Part shown: one piece after another, positions 29,124-39,364 of the stretch | Numbering within the stretch: the stretch's first letter is position 1 | How the letters are laid out: every line of letters starts with the position of its first letter | Assembly: GCA_016744705.1 (NCBI GenBank) | Contig: JADGDU010000014.1 | Location: 22,820 to 86,819 of the forward strand | Direction of reading: 5' to 3' | Length of the DNA stretch: 64,000 nt | Source: Candidatus Krumholzibacteriia bacterium | GTDB taxonomy: Bacteria; Krumholzibacteriota; Krumholzibacteriia; LZORAL124-64-63 | Made by a program: the position numbers and the translations under genes | Notes under the pieces: generated by a model | The model's input: only the letters and a program-made list of their open reading frames with translations | Database searches by the model: none | What the model was told of the DNA's origin: nothing

Positions 29124-30236
29124 TTATTGCTCGGCAGTCCTGGTCTGCTGGACTACAATTTTAAAGAAACCAAAGCCAGGGTAAAAGAGAGACAGTGTTT
29201 CAGGGTCGTAGAGTTCTGGAGCTTGGTTTTCCTGAAGAAATGTCCCCTCCCATTGGAAGTTATCATCGTTGGCATAGTCTGCGTAGATGTCTTCACTGGC
29301 GTTGAATGGCTGCGGGAATATCAAGGGGAAAAACAACAATCCCCTTTCCAGGTCAAAGGTAAAATCAACCATAAAATCTGCAAATCCATCGGGCCCTAGA
29401 GAACCATCCTGGCCCAGTTTGTCCAGTCCAAAAAGTTGAATATAGGGAATGGCGTTTTCATCCAATTCGGGAGATGAGCTGTTATCGTTCCGTTCAATTT
29501 TTAAACTGACTGAGTCGATATCGATATGGGAAAACCCCAAAGAATAGATATTCCTTACAACGTAGAAGAAGGTAAAGGGCTCTTGCCTGTCCTCTGGGGC
29601 CTTCAGGATTTTCATGCGGTAATAGGGACCCTCTTCGTTGGGCAGGTGGATACGGTCATCATCATCCCATCCGGGGCGGTCACCAATTTTATAGTGTATT
29701 TGGCCGTCCTGGCTTATTACGTCGTAAGTCACCGCAAAAACGTCTTGGGGCGCCATTTGTCGACCAAGGTCCACCGCAACAATTCCGCCATCAATGTCCA
29801 AAATAAATTCAAAATCAACTTCCCTCCAACGCGGGCCGTATAGATACGGATCGGAAAAGTCAGGTGCAGGGCTCTCTCCTGTGCTCCAAAACACTCCAGT
29901 TGAATCAATATAGGCCGCCACGTTTTGCACATCATTTGGTCCCCATACTCCTGCTCCCATCAATTGGAAAATTGCGATGGAGGAGGGGTCAATAATGAGG
30001 GCCGAGGGGTCACGGCCAGGTACGTCATGGACAGGGACACCAAAATAGGGTGGCAGGTCTAAAAAGAAGAACTGATTGTTCAGATAATTGCTGGAGAGGA
30101 TGGAGTGTTCTTCGATGACGATAGTTTGGCCCGGGAGGTCTTCAGGTGAGGCGCAATCATCATCACATCCATTGAGTAGAAACATTGCCAGTACCAAAAA
30201 TATGGCAGTGGAAAAATAAGTGTATCTTTTTTGCAT
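29124..30236 (-). CDS. Lipoprotein resembling an internal domain of T9SS translocon SprA
   Basis: Lipobox LNGC after RBS AAGGAG; NYLNNQFFFL, DVFAVTY, RNIYSLG, YIQLFGLD, PDGFADF, GLLFFP...PF. Confidence 0.6.
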   Translation of the reverse strand: MQKRYTYFSTAIFLVLAMFLLNGCDDDCASPEDLPGQTIVIEEHSILSSNYLNNQFFFLDLPPYFGVPVHDVPGRDPSALIIDPSSIAIFQLMGAGVWGPNDVQNVAAYIDSTGVFWSTGESPAPDFSDPYLYGPRWREVDFEFILDIDGGIVAVDLGRQMAPQDVFAVTYDVISQDGQIHYKIGDRPGWDDDDRIHLPNEEGPYYRMKILKAPEDRQEPFTFFYVVRNIYSLGFSHIDIDSVSLKIERNDNSSSPELDENAIPYIQLFGLDKLGQDGSLGPDGFADFMVDFTFDLERGLLFFPLIFPQPFNASEDIYADYANDDNFQWEGTFLQENQAPELYDPETLSLFYPGFGFFKIVVQQTRTAEQ

Positions 30237-30250
30237 GCTTTTTCTCCTTG

Positions 30251-30877
30251 TTACCATTCATCGATCCAGAGAATGCCATCCGTGCAGACGAAATCCAATT
30301 TCTGTGTGGGAAGATAGAAACCGGGCTCGCAGGAAAGGTTGTAGTATTCATCGTACTCGGGAGTGCCTGGTCCCAAGTTTCCGTTGATGGTGTGGAGGCT
30401 ATCCGAACAGACATAATTCATTTGTTCTTCAATGAGAATGTGGCCATTTCCGGAAAAGGAATTTTCGGTGGTGGTGATTGATTCCCAGACAATGACAAAA
30501 GGCAGGGGCTCGGTACCAATGAAAGTCAGATTGGTTTCCTCTACCAGGACTCCAGCCAGACTCAAGTTGTTCCCAGTGGCACGGTGCTCGCCTGGAGTTA
30601 ACAGTTCGTGGAAATCATCTCCGGAACTCCACAAATAGAATGATACACGAGGACTATTGAAATCCGCAGCACCCGAAAGCCTAATTTCCATGATGTAGAG
30701 TTCACTGCCATAAGTGTCAGTCTGTTTAATAATTGAGACTTTGGAGTATTCATAAGAGTACGATTCACCGTAGAACTTAAAGGCATTGCCATCTGGCGCG
30801 GAGGGTTTGGTGCTGTCGCTACAGGAACCTAAAAACAAGAGAACAGAAATCAGAACCAGGGCTGGCGTATTTCGCAT
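30251..30877 (-). CDS. Hypothetical lipoprotein
   Basis: Lipobox LGSC; directly upstream of and co-oriented with the SprA-like gene. Confidence 0.6.
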   Translation of the reverse strand: MRNTPALVLISVLLFLGSCSDSTKPSAPDGNAFKFYGESYSYEYSKVSIIKQTDTYGSELYIMEIRLSGAADFNSPRVSFYLWSSGDDFHELLTPGEHRATGNNLSLAGVLVEETNLTFIGTEPLPFVIVWESITTTENSFSGNGHILIEEQMNYVCSDSLHTINGNLGPGTPEYDEYYNLSCEPGFYLPTQKLDFVCTDGILWIDEW

Positions 30878-31049
30878 AAGCGCTTTCCTTTATGAGGTTT
30901 AACAGTAACAAGATAAATAAAAACAGGGTTTATGTTTTCACCGATGACCGTATCCCAACGTCCTTGGTCGGTGAGTTTTCTTCTCTCTCCGACAATACAG
31001 TTGCAAAATCCACTCCGGTTGGGGCGGTTGGTCAGAAAAAATGAGAAAC

Positions 31050-32126
31050 TCAGCGATACAACGTTTTAATCCGATTCAAAGTCTGCTGCTGGGAAGTCAC
31101 AGGCCCGCAATCGGTGCATCCTTCTCCCAAGGCTCCCATGGGTCCACAATCGTTGTTGTGCTCCAGAGCGGTGGAGAGTTCACAAAGTGTGAATACAGAT
31201 AAGGGGTGGTCGCAATAAAGAGGATCCCCTACAAATTCATGAGTTCCCAGTTCAGAACCATCCACCGGGCCACTCTCGTTGTTGAAATATAGATTACAGG
31301 AGCGCAATTCCGGATATTCGGAAACCAGGCCGGGACCGCCCTTTGTATCGGTGATAATGTTGTTTTCAAAAATGGTGTTGGCGTTGATGCGCACCGCACC
31401 CAACCCGGAATTCACGTGAAAAGTATTGTTGGTGATGCTGCCGGTGGCATCTCCCTGAATGACCAGGGCCCCTTCTCCAAAACCAGTATTGTCCAGGAAG
31501 AGGTTGCCCCGGAAATCAAATTCACCCGAGTTGCAGTTCACGGCACCAGCAACACCATGGGATCTATTGTGGGCAAAAAAGCAATCCTCAACCAGTAGCC
31601 GGGCCCCAAAACCCATGCCGAGGGCGGCGCTGTGCTTGTCGCACTCATTTTGGATGAAGTCGCAACGAAAAAATGAACCGGTTGTCCCTTGGTGACGCAC
31701 ATGCACGGCATTGGAGCCGGATGCGTGGTTGTTCACAAAAGAGCAATCTTCCAGGGTGACATTGGCCTGTTGCCAAATGAGAAGAGCAGCGGCATCTTCG
31801 GCAAAACCATTGGAAAAAGTCAGTCCGCGCAAAACAACATCCACATCACCCTGGACCCGCATGATCAGTTGAGAATGGCCGCCATCAAGAGATGTGAGGG
31901 GGTGGCTGCAGGTGGCTTCGATGGTGATGCTTTTTTCAATCACAAGGCTTTCGGGGTAGGAGCCAGGCCCCAGAAGAATCAAGTCACCGGGTTGAGCAGC
32001 AGAGAGAGCGTCACCTAGGGTGGAAAACTGGCCAGAATTATTTTGACAGACGGTGACAGTGGCTGCTTGTAGGCCTGAAGTGAGGAAAAAGCAGACCGTA
32101 AGGAACAGTGTCCCTTTCCTGAGCAT
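31050..32126 (-). CDS. Secreted right-handed parallel beta-helix protein with the C-terminal motif
   Basis: PGDLILL.PG.Y.E start, repeated C.F..N strands, DPLYC, GPMGA; ends VTSQQQTLNRIKTLYR. Confidence 0.8.
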   Translation of the reverse strand: MLRKGTLFLTVCFFLTSGLQAATVTVCQNNSGQFSTLGDALSAAQPGDLILLGPGSYPESLVIEKSITIEATCSHPLTSLDGGHSQLIMRVQGDVDVVLRGLTFSNGFAEDAAALLIWQQANVTLEDCSFVNNHASGSNAVHVRHQGTTGSFFRCDFIQNECDKHSAALGMGFGARLLVEDCFFAHNRSHGVAGAVNCNSGEFDFRGNLFLDNTGFGEGALVIQGDATGSITNNTFHVNSGLGAVRINANTIFENNIITDTKGGPGLVSEYPELRSCNLYFNNESGPVDGSELGTHEFVGDPLYCDHPLSVFTLCELSTALEHNNDCGPMGALGEGCTDCGPVTSQQQTLNRIKTLYR

Positions 32127-32202
32127 GGTCAATCTCCCGAGAAAGGAAAGGGAAAACTGGGCAAGGTCTAGATAGCAATTCTACCACGGGGAAGCATCGA
32201 TT

Positions 32203-35200
32203 TCAAGATGTGAAAGACTCAGGGCCCAACAATGATGCGAGTACTCTCCGCAAGTCATCCTGGGCAAATGGCTTGTTTAAAATTCCTGAAAAACCAAATT
32301 TCTGAAAATGGGCCATCACCGGGTCATCTGAATAACCACTGGCCACAATCACTTTCACCTTGGGGTTGATTTTCCGCAACTCAGCGAGAGTTTCCAGGCC
32401 ACCCATGGCTCCGGGAATGGTCAGATCCAGAATGACCAGATCAAAAGGTCGGCCTTGTTGTTGGGCTTGAAGGTAAGCGGCATGGGCCGATTCACCATGA
32501 GGCACGCCAGTCCAGTGGTGGCCCAGGTGGTCCAGCATTTGGGACATCAGAAACCGAATTTCGTCTTCATCATCCATAAACAAAATATTGAGGCCAGAGG
32601 TAACCTGGTCCGTTTGATCCAGCGTACTATTGGGGGAGGTCTGACGAGATCCGTCACAGGCCGGCAGAATCAATTGGAAGACACTGCCTTGGCCCAAGGT
32701 CGATTCCACGGTCAAGCGGCCATCATGCTTTTCGGCAATGGAGTGTGCAATGGCCAGACCCAGGCCAGTCCCTTTTTCCCGGGTGGTGAAATAAGGGTCG
32801 AAAATGCGAGCTTGGTCTGATTCCGATATTCCTTTGCCATGGTCCTGGATTGTGATCACTACAAAAGCATGGTCAGATTTTATCCCGGGCCAGGTGTCGC
32901 TGTTCTGGGCAGACACTTCCAACTGGCCCCCCCCACTCATGGCTTGACGGGCATTGATCACCAAATTGCCAATGATCTGGGAAATTTGGACTGCATCAAC
33001 TTCGGCCCAAGACAGGTCTTCAGGGATGTCCATTTGGCATTGCACATTGGATCCGCTGAGATTGAAGGAAACAGAATCCTGGATGATGGGGATCAGGTTT
33101 GTGGATTCCCGCATCGGGCCACCACCCTTGGCAAAAGTCAACAATTGGCGGGTCAGGTTTTGGGCCCTTCTGGAGGCTAGACGAATTTTTTCCAATTGAA
33201 CATTTTCCACTGCCGTGGTTATCAGAGTGCTCTCGGCGAGGCTCAGGTTTCCCATCATAATGGTCAGCAGGTTGTTGAAATCGTGGGCAATGCCACCGGC
33301 CAAAAGGCCCAGTGATTCAAGCTTTTGGCTGCGGTGTTTGTTCTGTTCAGTTTGGAGACGGCTGGTGATGTCACGAAAAGCGAAGACCTGGCCACCGGAA
33401 GGACCGGTGATTGGTACCCCGGATAATTCAATCCATCGCGTCTTATTTTGACCAGAATACAGGGCCAATTGCTGAGATTTCAGCCGAACAGAAGACGGGT
33501 CCTTCAAAAGTTGCTTGTATTGCTTTTTCTGATCGGGGTTGAGCAAGGCCCGAACAGGAAGAATGTCTTCCAGGTAGTCGCCAATTTTAGGGGGCAGAGA
33601 GCCTAAAAATATTCCCTCAGCAGCCTTATTGAAAAGGACAACCTGGTTGTTGCCATCGATTACAACAACACCATCAGAAATACTTTCGAGGGTACTCTTC
33701 AAGCGTTCCGATTCCAGCCTTGCGGTTTCTTCACTCTTGCGTAGGTCTCGTGTTTGAATCCGGACTTCATTTTCGAGGCGTTGCGCATATTGGCGGCCCG
33801 AAAAATAAGCAAAGAGTAGCCATAGCATTAGGGCTATGGCCAATCCAGAGAGGGCCTTGATGAACCAGCGTTCCATCAGGGGGGGGATGATGGTAATCAA
33901 GGGAGTGGTGACGATATTTGATTCCAGGCCCTCAGGTGTGCGGGCGACAACATGCACCTGGAAGCGGCCAGGTGGTACGTTGGTCATAGGCAATACGCCA
34001 GGCCAATGCATAATATATGAGGGCAGATCAATGTCCGATTGGGATGTGATTTCGGCCACAAATTCCAAATGCTCTTCGCTGGAAAAATACGGGGCGTCAA
34101 ACTTAAAAACCAGAGAAGCCAGAGGGCCAGTAATTTGTACCGGATGACGGGGTGGGTACTGTACACCATTGATCATCATGCTGGACAGGCTGAGGACAGG
34201 GGGATTGGTGCTCGGGATGTCTAATTCCGGTCTAAAAATAGAAAGGCCACTGTCAGTGCCAATCCAGATGTTTCCATCCCGGGTTATCATGAAGGCGTCT
34301 CGGTTGATTTCTGATCCGAGCAATCCTTCATTAGCGGTGAGGCGGGTTTGTTGGTTTCCGTCCCAGATGATGGCGCCATTGTCGGTACCAAACCAAAGCT
34401 GCCCCGATTGGTCTTGAACCATTCCGTAAATGGGGCGGCGAATTACTGGATCCGGGGCGGTTGTTCTGACCAAATTGTTGTCCTGAACCCGGAACAACCC
34501 ACTGTTGGTGCAAACCAGGAGCCCTCCTTCAGGGCGTTCGAACACGGTGTAAACATTGTTGCTTCCATCTTGCATCTTGCCGGGCAGGGAAGTGAAGGCC
34601 CCGTCCTTCCAGAGAAACAAACCAAAGCTTCTGGTGGCAATGGCAAAACCACCCGTACTCAGTGGAACGAGGCGACGGATGTTCAGATTATGGGCATTCT
34701 CGAGCCCAGGCAGAGGGACTCGTTCAAACCGGTCACCTATTTGACGGTAAAGGCCATCAAGAGTACCAACAAAGAGGCCATATTCCGGATGTGGCATGAT
34801 GGCATATACGGCGTCGGTCAGTCCGTGCTCCCGGTTGAACCACTGGATGGATTCGTCATTCTGCAAGAGGCCGAGACCTTTATGATTTGCTGCAATCCAC
34901 AAACGGCCCTGGCTGTCTTCGGCAAGATCTGTGACCCGGCTGTAAATAGGGAGATTGTCGTCGAAAGAAATGGTGTGGGGGATGGAGTCCAGAAAAGTCA
35001 ATCCTCCTCGCTGTCCGAGGACCATAGCGCCAGAAGCCCTTTCGATCACTGAGCCCACTTCGCCATTGAGCAATCCATGGTCACTGTTGTAGCAGGCCAG
35101 GCTTCGGCTCATGATTTTGCTGATTCCACGAGTGCTACTAATCCAGATGTTGTTTTCCCGGTCCATCATGACATGGTTGCCACTGTCGGTGGCCAAGCCG

Positions 35201-36096
35201 CTTGTGGTTGTAAAGGTTTCAAAACCCGAGTGGGGATGGAAATGAACGACCTGGGTGGAGTCTGAAAAATAGATCCCTCCACTGGGTCCCATGCAAAGGG
35301 AAAGGCCTTGTTTTGTTTTGTCGAAAAACAAATGAGAAACAGAAAATCGTTCCGCCAGTTTCCGGCCTTGGTATCGAACCAGCCATTGGTCGCTGATGAC
35401 CCACAAGCTTCCACTGGAGTTGTCAGAACAGGCGCCCATGATTTGTCCATCCGGCAGTTCCAGGTCCAACTGGTAGGGCTTGTGGAGAGACTTCAAGTCA
35501 AGGGTGAACAATCCGGTTTTGGTGGATAACAGAAGGTGGGATCCATCCAGGGACAAGGAATGGGGGTGTAAATGAGGTTGGTCAAAGGAGAAGGTACTCC
35601 AAACCTCATTTTGCCATATCTGCAGGGGGCCATTATTGGAGGCGATGATCAAAGTTGTATGGCCTTTTTCATCGACCCAGGTTTTGAGTTCAACATTGGT
35701 GGAAAATCGACTGAAAGTATCAGGTTTGGGTAGTTTTTGCCAATTCCCGTCAACCAGTCGGGAAGCCTTGAAAGGCCAATGGATGTTGATCCACCAGACA
35801 CCCCCGCCATCATCGATGGATACCAAGCCGTCGCCGTTGGGGGCTGCGGGGTTCCTGGACGTGATTGTTTGCCATTTGATTCCATCGAAAACGCTCATGC
35901 CATTTCTAGTGCCAAACCACATCTTTCCCAAGGCATCCTGAGCCGCATTGTTGACCTTGTTGGATGCCAGACCATCTTGTTCGCGGAATGTTTGGATATG
36001 GTACCGCTGAGCCTGGACGGGGGCTGGTAAAATGGCTGCCAGGGTGGAGAGTAGGCAGCAAAGTATGGTTAGATTTTTAAGAGGTCCGAAAGGCAT
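32203..36096 (-). CDS. Hybrid sensor histidine kinase (Reg_prop propellers, TM, PAS, HisKA, HATPase, REC)
   Basis: Propeller repeats; LAGGIAHDFNNLLT H-box; D.G.G, FDPYFTT, GTGLGL; MDDE..LDLTIP..KPF. Confidence 0.92.
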   Translation of the reverse strand: MPFGPLKNLTILCCLLSTLAAILPAPVQAQRYHIQTFREQDGLASNKVNNAAQDALGKMWFGTRNGMSVFDGIKWQTITSRNPAAPNGDGLVSIDDGGGVWWINIHWPFKASRLVDGNWQKLPKPDTFSRFSTNVELKTWVDEKGHTTLIIASNNGPLQIWQNEVWSTFSFDQPHLHPHSLSLDGSHLLLSTKTGLFTLDLKSLHKPYQLDLELPDGQIMGACSDNSSGSLWVISDQWLVRYQGRKLAERFSVSHLFFDKTKQGLSLCMGPSGGIYFSDSTQVVHFHPHSGFETFTTTSGLATDSGNHVMMDRENNIWISSTRGISKIMSRSLACYNSDHGLLNGEVGSVIERASGAMVLGQRGGLTFLDSIPHTISFDDNLPIYSRVTDLAEDSQGRLWIAANHKGLGLLQNDESIQWFNREHGLTDAVYAIMPHPEYGLFVGTLDGLYRQIGDRFERVPLPGLENAHNLNIRRLVPLSTGGFAIATRSFGLFLWKDGAFTSLPGKMQDGSNNVYTVFERPEGGLLVCTNSGLFRVQDNNLVRTTAPDPVIRRPIYGMVQDQSGQLWFGTDNGAIIWDGNQQTRLTANEGLLGSEINRDAFMITRDGNIWIGTDSGLSIFRPELDIPSTNPPVLSLSSMMINGVQYPPRHPVQITGPLASLVFKFDAPYFSSEEHLEFVAEITSQSDIDLPSYIMHWPGVLPMTNVPPGRFQVHVVARTPEGLESNIVTTPLITIIPPLMERWFIKALSGLAIALMLWLLFAYFSGRQYAQRLENEVRIQTRDLRKSEETARLESERLKSTLESISDGVVVIDGNNQVVLFNKAAEGIFLGSLPPKIGDYLEDILPVRALLNPDQKKQYKQLLKDPSSVRLKSQQLALYSGQNKTRWIELSGVPITGPSGGQVFAFRDITSRLQTEQNKHRSQKLESLGLLAGGIAHDFNNLLTIMMGNLSLAESTLITTAVENVQLEKIRLASRRAQNLTRQLLTFAKGGGPMRESTNLIPIIQDSVSFNLSGSNVQCQMDIPEDLSWAEVDAVQISQIIGNLVINARQAMSGGGQLEVSAQNSDTWPGIKSDHAFVVITIQDHGKGISESDQARIFDPYFTTREKGTGLGLAIAHSIAEKHDGRLTVESTLGQGSVFQLILPACDGSRQTSPNSTLDQTDQVTSGLNILFMDDEDEIRFLMSQMLDHLGHHWTGVPHGESAHAAYLQAQQQGRPFDLVILDLTIPGAMGGLETLAELRKINPKVKVIVASGYSDDPVMAHFQKFGFSGILNKPFAQDDLRRVLASLLGPESFTS

Positions 36097-36184
36097 GAAA
36101 ATACCAGCGTGTTGAAAGCGTAAAGTCGACTGACTTTACCAAACTACCGTTTTTGTAATGCTATATCAAGAGGGCTTGTGATAA

Positions 36185-36709
36185 TTATTTTTGGCGAGAT
36201 TGGTGAAGGGCCATGACCTTGGCTTGGAATTCTGCTTGTACCAAGGGGTCTTCCAGGCGCAATTCATCCTCAACGGGGATTTCCGGGTTGGCCCGCATGT
36301 AGGCCTGGGCAAATAGGCCACGACCTTCGGGCAGGGATTCTCCATTTTCCTGAATGACGGGGACGCGGTACACACCACAACTGGGGCTGCCTTTTTTCAT
36401 AACAAAGCCACAGAGGGCCAGGGGAGCAAGGTCCTGAATTTTGTTCAGAGCCCAGCAATTCATGGATTGGGTCCAGTCTTTGCGGGTGTGGGTTCCGATC
36501 ATCTGGGGAGCGCTTATATCACCTTCCAGGTCTACTGTTTCGCGGGGAACTCCCATGCCCAATTCGCTTTCAGGGCAAACCGGGACCAACTCAAAATGCT
36601 CAGCCAGAGTTTCAGTCACATAACTGTTGCGCCGGTGGCCCCCATCGTACCGGACATTTTCACCCAACAGACAAGCACTGACACCGATGCGGATGATGGG
36701 TTTGCTCAC
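36185..36709 (-). CDS. DUF523 / 2-thiouracil desulfurase family protein
   Basis: SACLLGENVRYDG, CPE, G.PR, SPSCG. Confidence 0.88.
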   Translation of the reverse strand: MSKPIIRIGVSACLLGENVRYDGGHRRNSYVTETLAEHFELVPVCPESELGMGVPRETVDLEGDISAPQMIGTHTRKDWTQSMNCWALNKIQDLAPLALCGFVMKKGSPSCGVYRVPVIQENGESLPEGRGLFAQAYMRANPEIPVEDELRLEDPLVQAEFQAKVMALHQSRQK

Positions 36710-37563
36710 GGTGAGTGGATCCTTTGCAGATGGTCATTGATGGTGGTGACTTGGTCCTCGCGCCCCAGGGATTGCCAGGCCAGCTTGGCACGACGAAGAT
36801 AGTCTCCCGCTTCATCATTTTCACCAAGGGAAAGAGAAAGAATACCCAACAGTGTCAAATCCTGAGCAATAGAAGAAGGTTTTTGGGTCTTTTTGTCGTG
36901 ATTCAGGGCTCTGCGGGCCTTTTGCAGGGCCATGTCCAGATGGCCTTCGTCTTGATAAAGCAGCGCCAGGGAATAGCAATCGGTGGCTATTCCTTTCAAG
37001 TCTCGGAGGGGCTCGTGCATTTCCAAAGCCTGCAAATAATATGATTCGGCTGTGGCGTTATCCCCCTGCTTTCGGTGAGCCGAGCCCAGGTCGTGAAGCA
37101 AGGTGGCCCGGGTGTTTCCTGGATTTTCCAAAGGCAATTCCAGGGCTGATTTTAGGTAGGTTTGGGCTTCTTGGGGGTGGTTACGGTGTAGTTGAACAGC
37201 ACCCAACCCCCCCAGGGTCTGGGCCAGCAGTTCGGTTTGATTCACACCTGAGGCCGCTTGGTAAGCTTGCTGAAAACAAGCTTCGGCCTGAGGTATTTCA
37301 CCAGTGGCGAGATGGACACGGCCCAGGCTGGAAAGGGCGCGGGCCACTGTAAGTTCGTCATCCACAGAAGCACCGAGGGAGAGGGCCTTGTTCAGGGAAG
37401 CAGCGGCCTTTTTATACTGGCTTGAGTGGTAATATTGGTGACCCTTTTCTAAAAACATGTGAGCCTGGCTGCTTTGTTCCGTGGTTTGCAACGCGTCTTT
37501 AGGCAAGGAAGAGCAACCGGTAATAAGTACAAGGCAGCAGATGGAAATCAGGAGCAGGCGCAT
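36706..37563 (-). CDS. TPR-repeat lipoprotein
   Basis: Lipobox ITGC; tandem LG.V....G...A..Y..AL repeats. Confidence 0.8.
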   Translation of the reverse strand: MRLLLISICCLVLITGCSSLPKDALQTTEQSSQAHMFLEKGHQYYHSSQYKKAAASLNKALSLGASVDDELTVARALSSLGRVHLATGEIPQAEACFQQAYQAASGVNQTELLAQTLGGLGAVQLHRNHPQEAQTYLKSALELPLENPGNTRATLLHDLGSAHRKQGDNATAESYYLQALEMHEPLRDLKGIATDCYSLALLYQDEGHLDMALQKARRALNHDKKTQKPSSIAQDLTLLGILSLSLGENDEAGDYLRRAKLAWQSLGREDQVTTINDHLQRIHSP

Positions 37564-37564
37564 G

Positions 37565-38608
37565 TTAGTTTCTCCCGTCCCGATAGCCATCAAATGATCC
37601 GCTGCTTTCCACTTTCGCTGGAATGCCGCCACGCAGCAAGGGGTTGTTCTGAAGGCCCTGCATTACTTTTTCACTCTCTTGCAGAGCCGTGGTTGTCTCT
37701 TCCATGAGGACGGTGATTTCTGGGGTGGATTCACTCATGAAGGTCATCAGGTTTTGAAGTTCTGCCAGGGTTTCGGTGAGATGTTTGTAGAGTTTGGCGT
37801 CATCGTGGAAGAGCTGGGCGGCGCTGCCTTCGGAGCCCAGAAGAGTGGGAACCAAGCCATCAGGATCTTCGAAATTTTGGGACATGACAGTGAGACTTTG
37901 CAGCAGAGGCTTCATTCCTGCAGCCGTGCTATCCAACTGGGAAGCCAAATTTCCAATTTCCAAAACGGCTACATCCAGACCCTGGAATGAGCCGTCCACA
38001 GTGCGCAGCAGTCCGCTGTTCGGCTGGCTTGAATCACCGTTGAGTCTTTGGTCCAATCCCGTCAGGAGCTGGTTCAAGGTATTGATGACGGTACCAACCT
38101 GCGTGACTAAGGGAGGAACCGAAGCCAGAATGGTGGTCATTTCATCTCTTCGCTTGGGTTTGAGGACTTTACCCTGGGTCATCAGCGCCAATCCGGCTGG
38201 CATATCTGTGGAGGGGATAAGAGAACCTTCAGGCAAGCGGTCGCCGCCGTTGATTCCGGGATAGAGCACCAAACTGGAACCAAACCCCAGAGGCTGTACG
38301 GCCAACTCCACAACAGATCCGTCTACAATGCGGTCGGAAAATTCATGATAAATGGAGAAGATGACTGCGACTTTATTGTCTTCTTCAAGGGAAAGACTTT
38401 TGACTCGGCCGATGGCAAAACCGTGCAGCTTCAAATCGAGACCTGCGTTTAATCCTTCGGCGGTGCAAAACACACTTTTGTACTCAAGATCACTTTGGAA
38501 CCACCGCTTGTTGATGCCCACAAAACCCAGGGCTCCAACCAAAAAAAGTGTTCCGGCAAGCACAAACACTCCGACCATTTTATCGGAATGACGAAGCATG
38601 AATTTCAT
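37565..38608 (-). CDS. MlaD/MCE-domain protein with long helical tail
   Basis: N-terminal TM (VGVFVL), AEGL..G..L.G..IGRV, helical C-terminus ending NPLLRGG. Confidence 0.85.
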   Translation of the reverse strand: MKFMLRHSDKMVGVFVLAGTLFLVGALGFVGINKRWFQSDLEYKSVFCTAEGLNAGLDLKLHGFAIGRVKSLSLEEDNKVAVIFSIYHEFSDRIVDGSVVELAVQPLGFGSSLVLYPGINGGDRLPEGSLIPSTDMPAGLALMTQGKVLKPKRRDEMTTILASVPPLVTQVGTVINTLNQLLTGLDQRLNGDSSQPNSGLLRTVDGSFQGLDVAVLEIGNLASQLDSTAAGMKPLLQSLTVMSQNFEDPDGLVPTLLGSEGSAAQLFHDDAKLYKHLTETLAELQNLMTFMSESTPEITVLMEETTTALQESEKVMQGLQNNPLLRGGIPAKVESSGSFDGYRDGRN

Positions 38609-38623
38609 GGCGGTGGCGGCTCC

Positions 38624-39364
38624 TTATTCAACAGGTCGACAGGCCAATAGAGATTGGATGTCGGGATGGGGAGAAAGCAGCATCTTATCGCTTTCACCCT
38701 GATCCAAAATTCGACCGTTGTGGAGAATCACCAGATGATCAGCCAGTTCGAAAATGGGCTGGTATTGGTTGCCTGCCAGGATCAAAGTGGTTCCCTTGGC
38801 ACGCAGAGAAACCAATTCATCCTTAATTTTCCGGGCCCAGGAGTTGTCCATGGTAGATGTGGGTTCATCCATGAACAAGGCTTCAGGCTCAGGAATGGTG
38901 GCACGCAGGAAAGAAACAAACTTTTTCTGCCCCTGAGAGATGTCCACCGGTCTCTTTTTGGTATCGACAGAAAAGTCGTACCGCTGTAGCGCTGCTTCAA
39001 TTCTCTGTTTTCTCTCTTGGGGGCGCAGGTGGGGAAATTTGGCGGTTAATGGAAGGTCCAAGTTGGTGGCCAGGTCCATGTTGGCCCATAGGGCTGCATC
39101 CTGGAAAACAAAGCCAGTGCGGGTTTGCATTTGGCGTAACTGCCTCTCAGAGAACGAATCGAGATTGCAATCATCATACAAAACCTGTCCTCTGGTGGCG
39201 GGGATGAGCCCGGCGGCTGTCTTCAGTAAAACACTTAGGCCAGAGCCAGAATTCCCAAGGATGGCGGTGATTTTCCCGGGTTGCAGTTCCAGGTTGATGT
39301 CCTGAAGAACGGGCTGTCCGCCCAACTCTACGGCTACATTTTGCAATTCGATGAACACGCTCAC
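38624..39364 (-). CDS. MlaF-like ABC ATP-binding protein with degenerate catalytic motifs
   Basis: GNSGSGLS, GFVFQDAAL, ISQGQ, LFMDEP; GTG start overlaps the upstream stop. Confidence 0.8.
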   Translation of the reverse strand: MSVFIELQNVAVELGGQPVLQDINLELQPGKITAILGNSGSGLSVLLKTAAGLIPATRGQVLYDDCNLDSFSERQLRQMQTRTGFVFQDAALWANMDLATNLDLPLTAKFPHLRPQERKQRIEAALQRYDFSVDTKKRPVDISQGQKKFVSFLRATIPEPEALFMDEPTSTMDNSWARKIKDELVSLRAKGTTLILAGNQYQPIFELADHLVILHNGRILDQGESDKMLLSPHPDIQSLLACRPVE

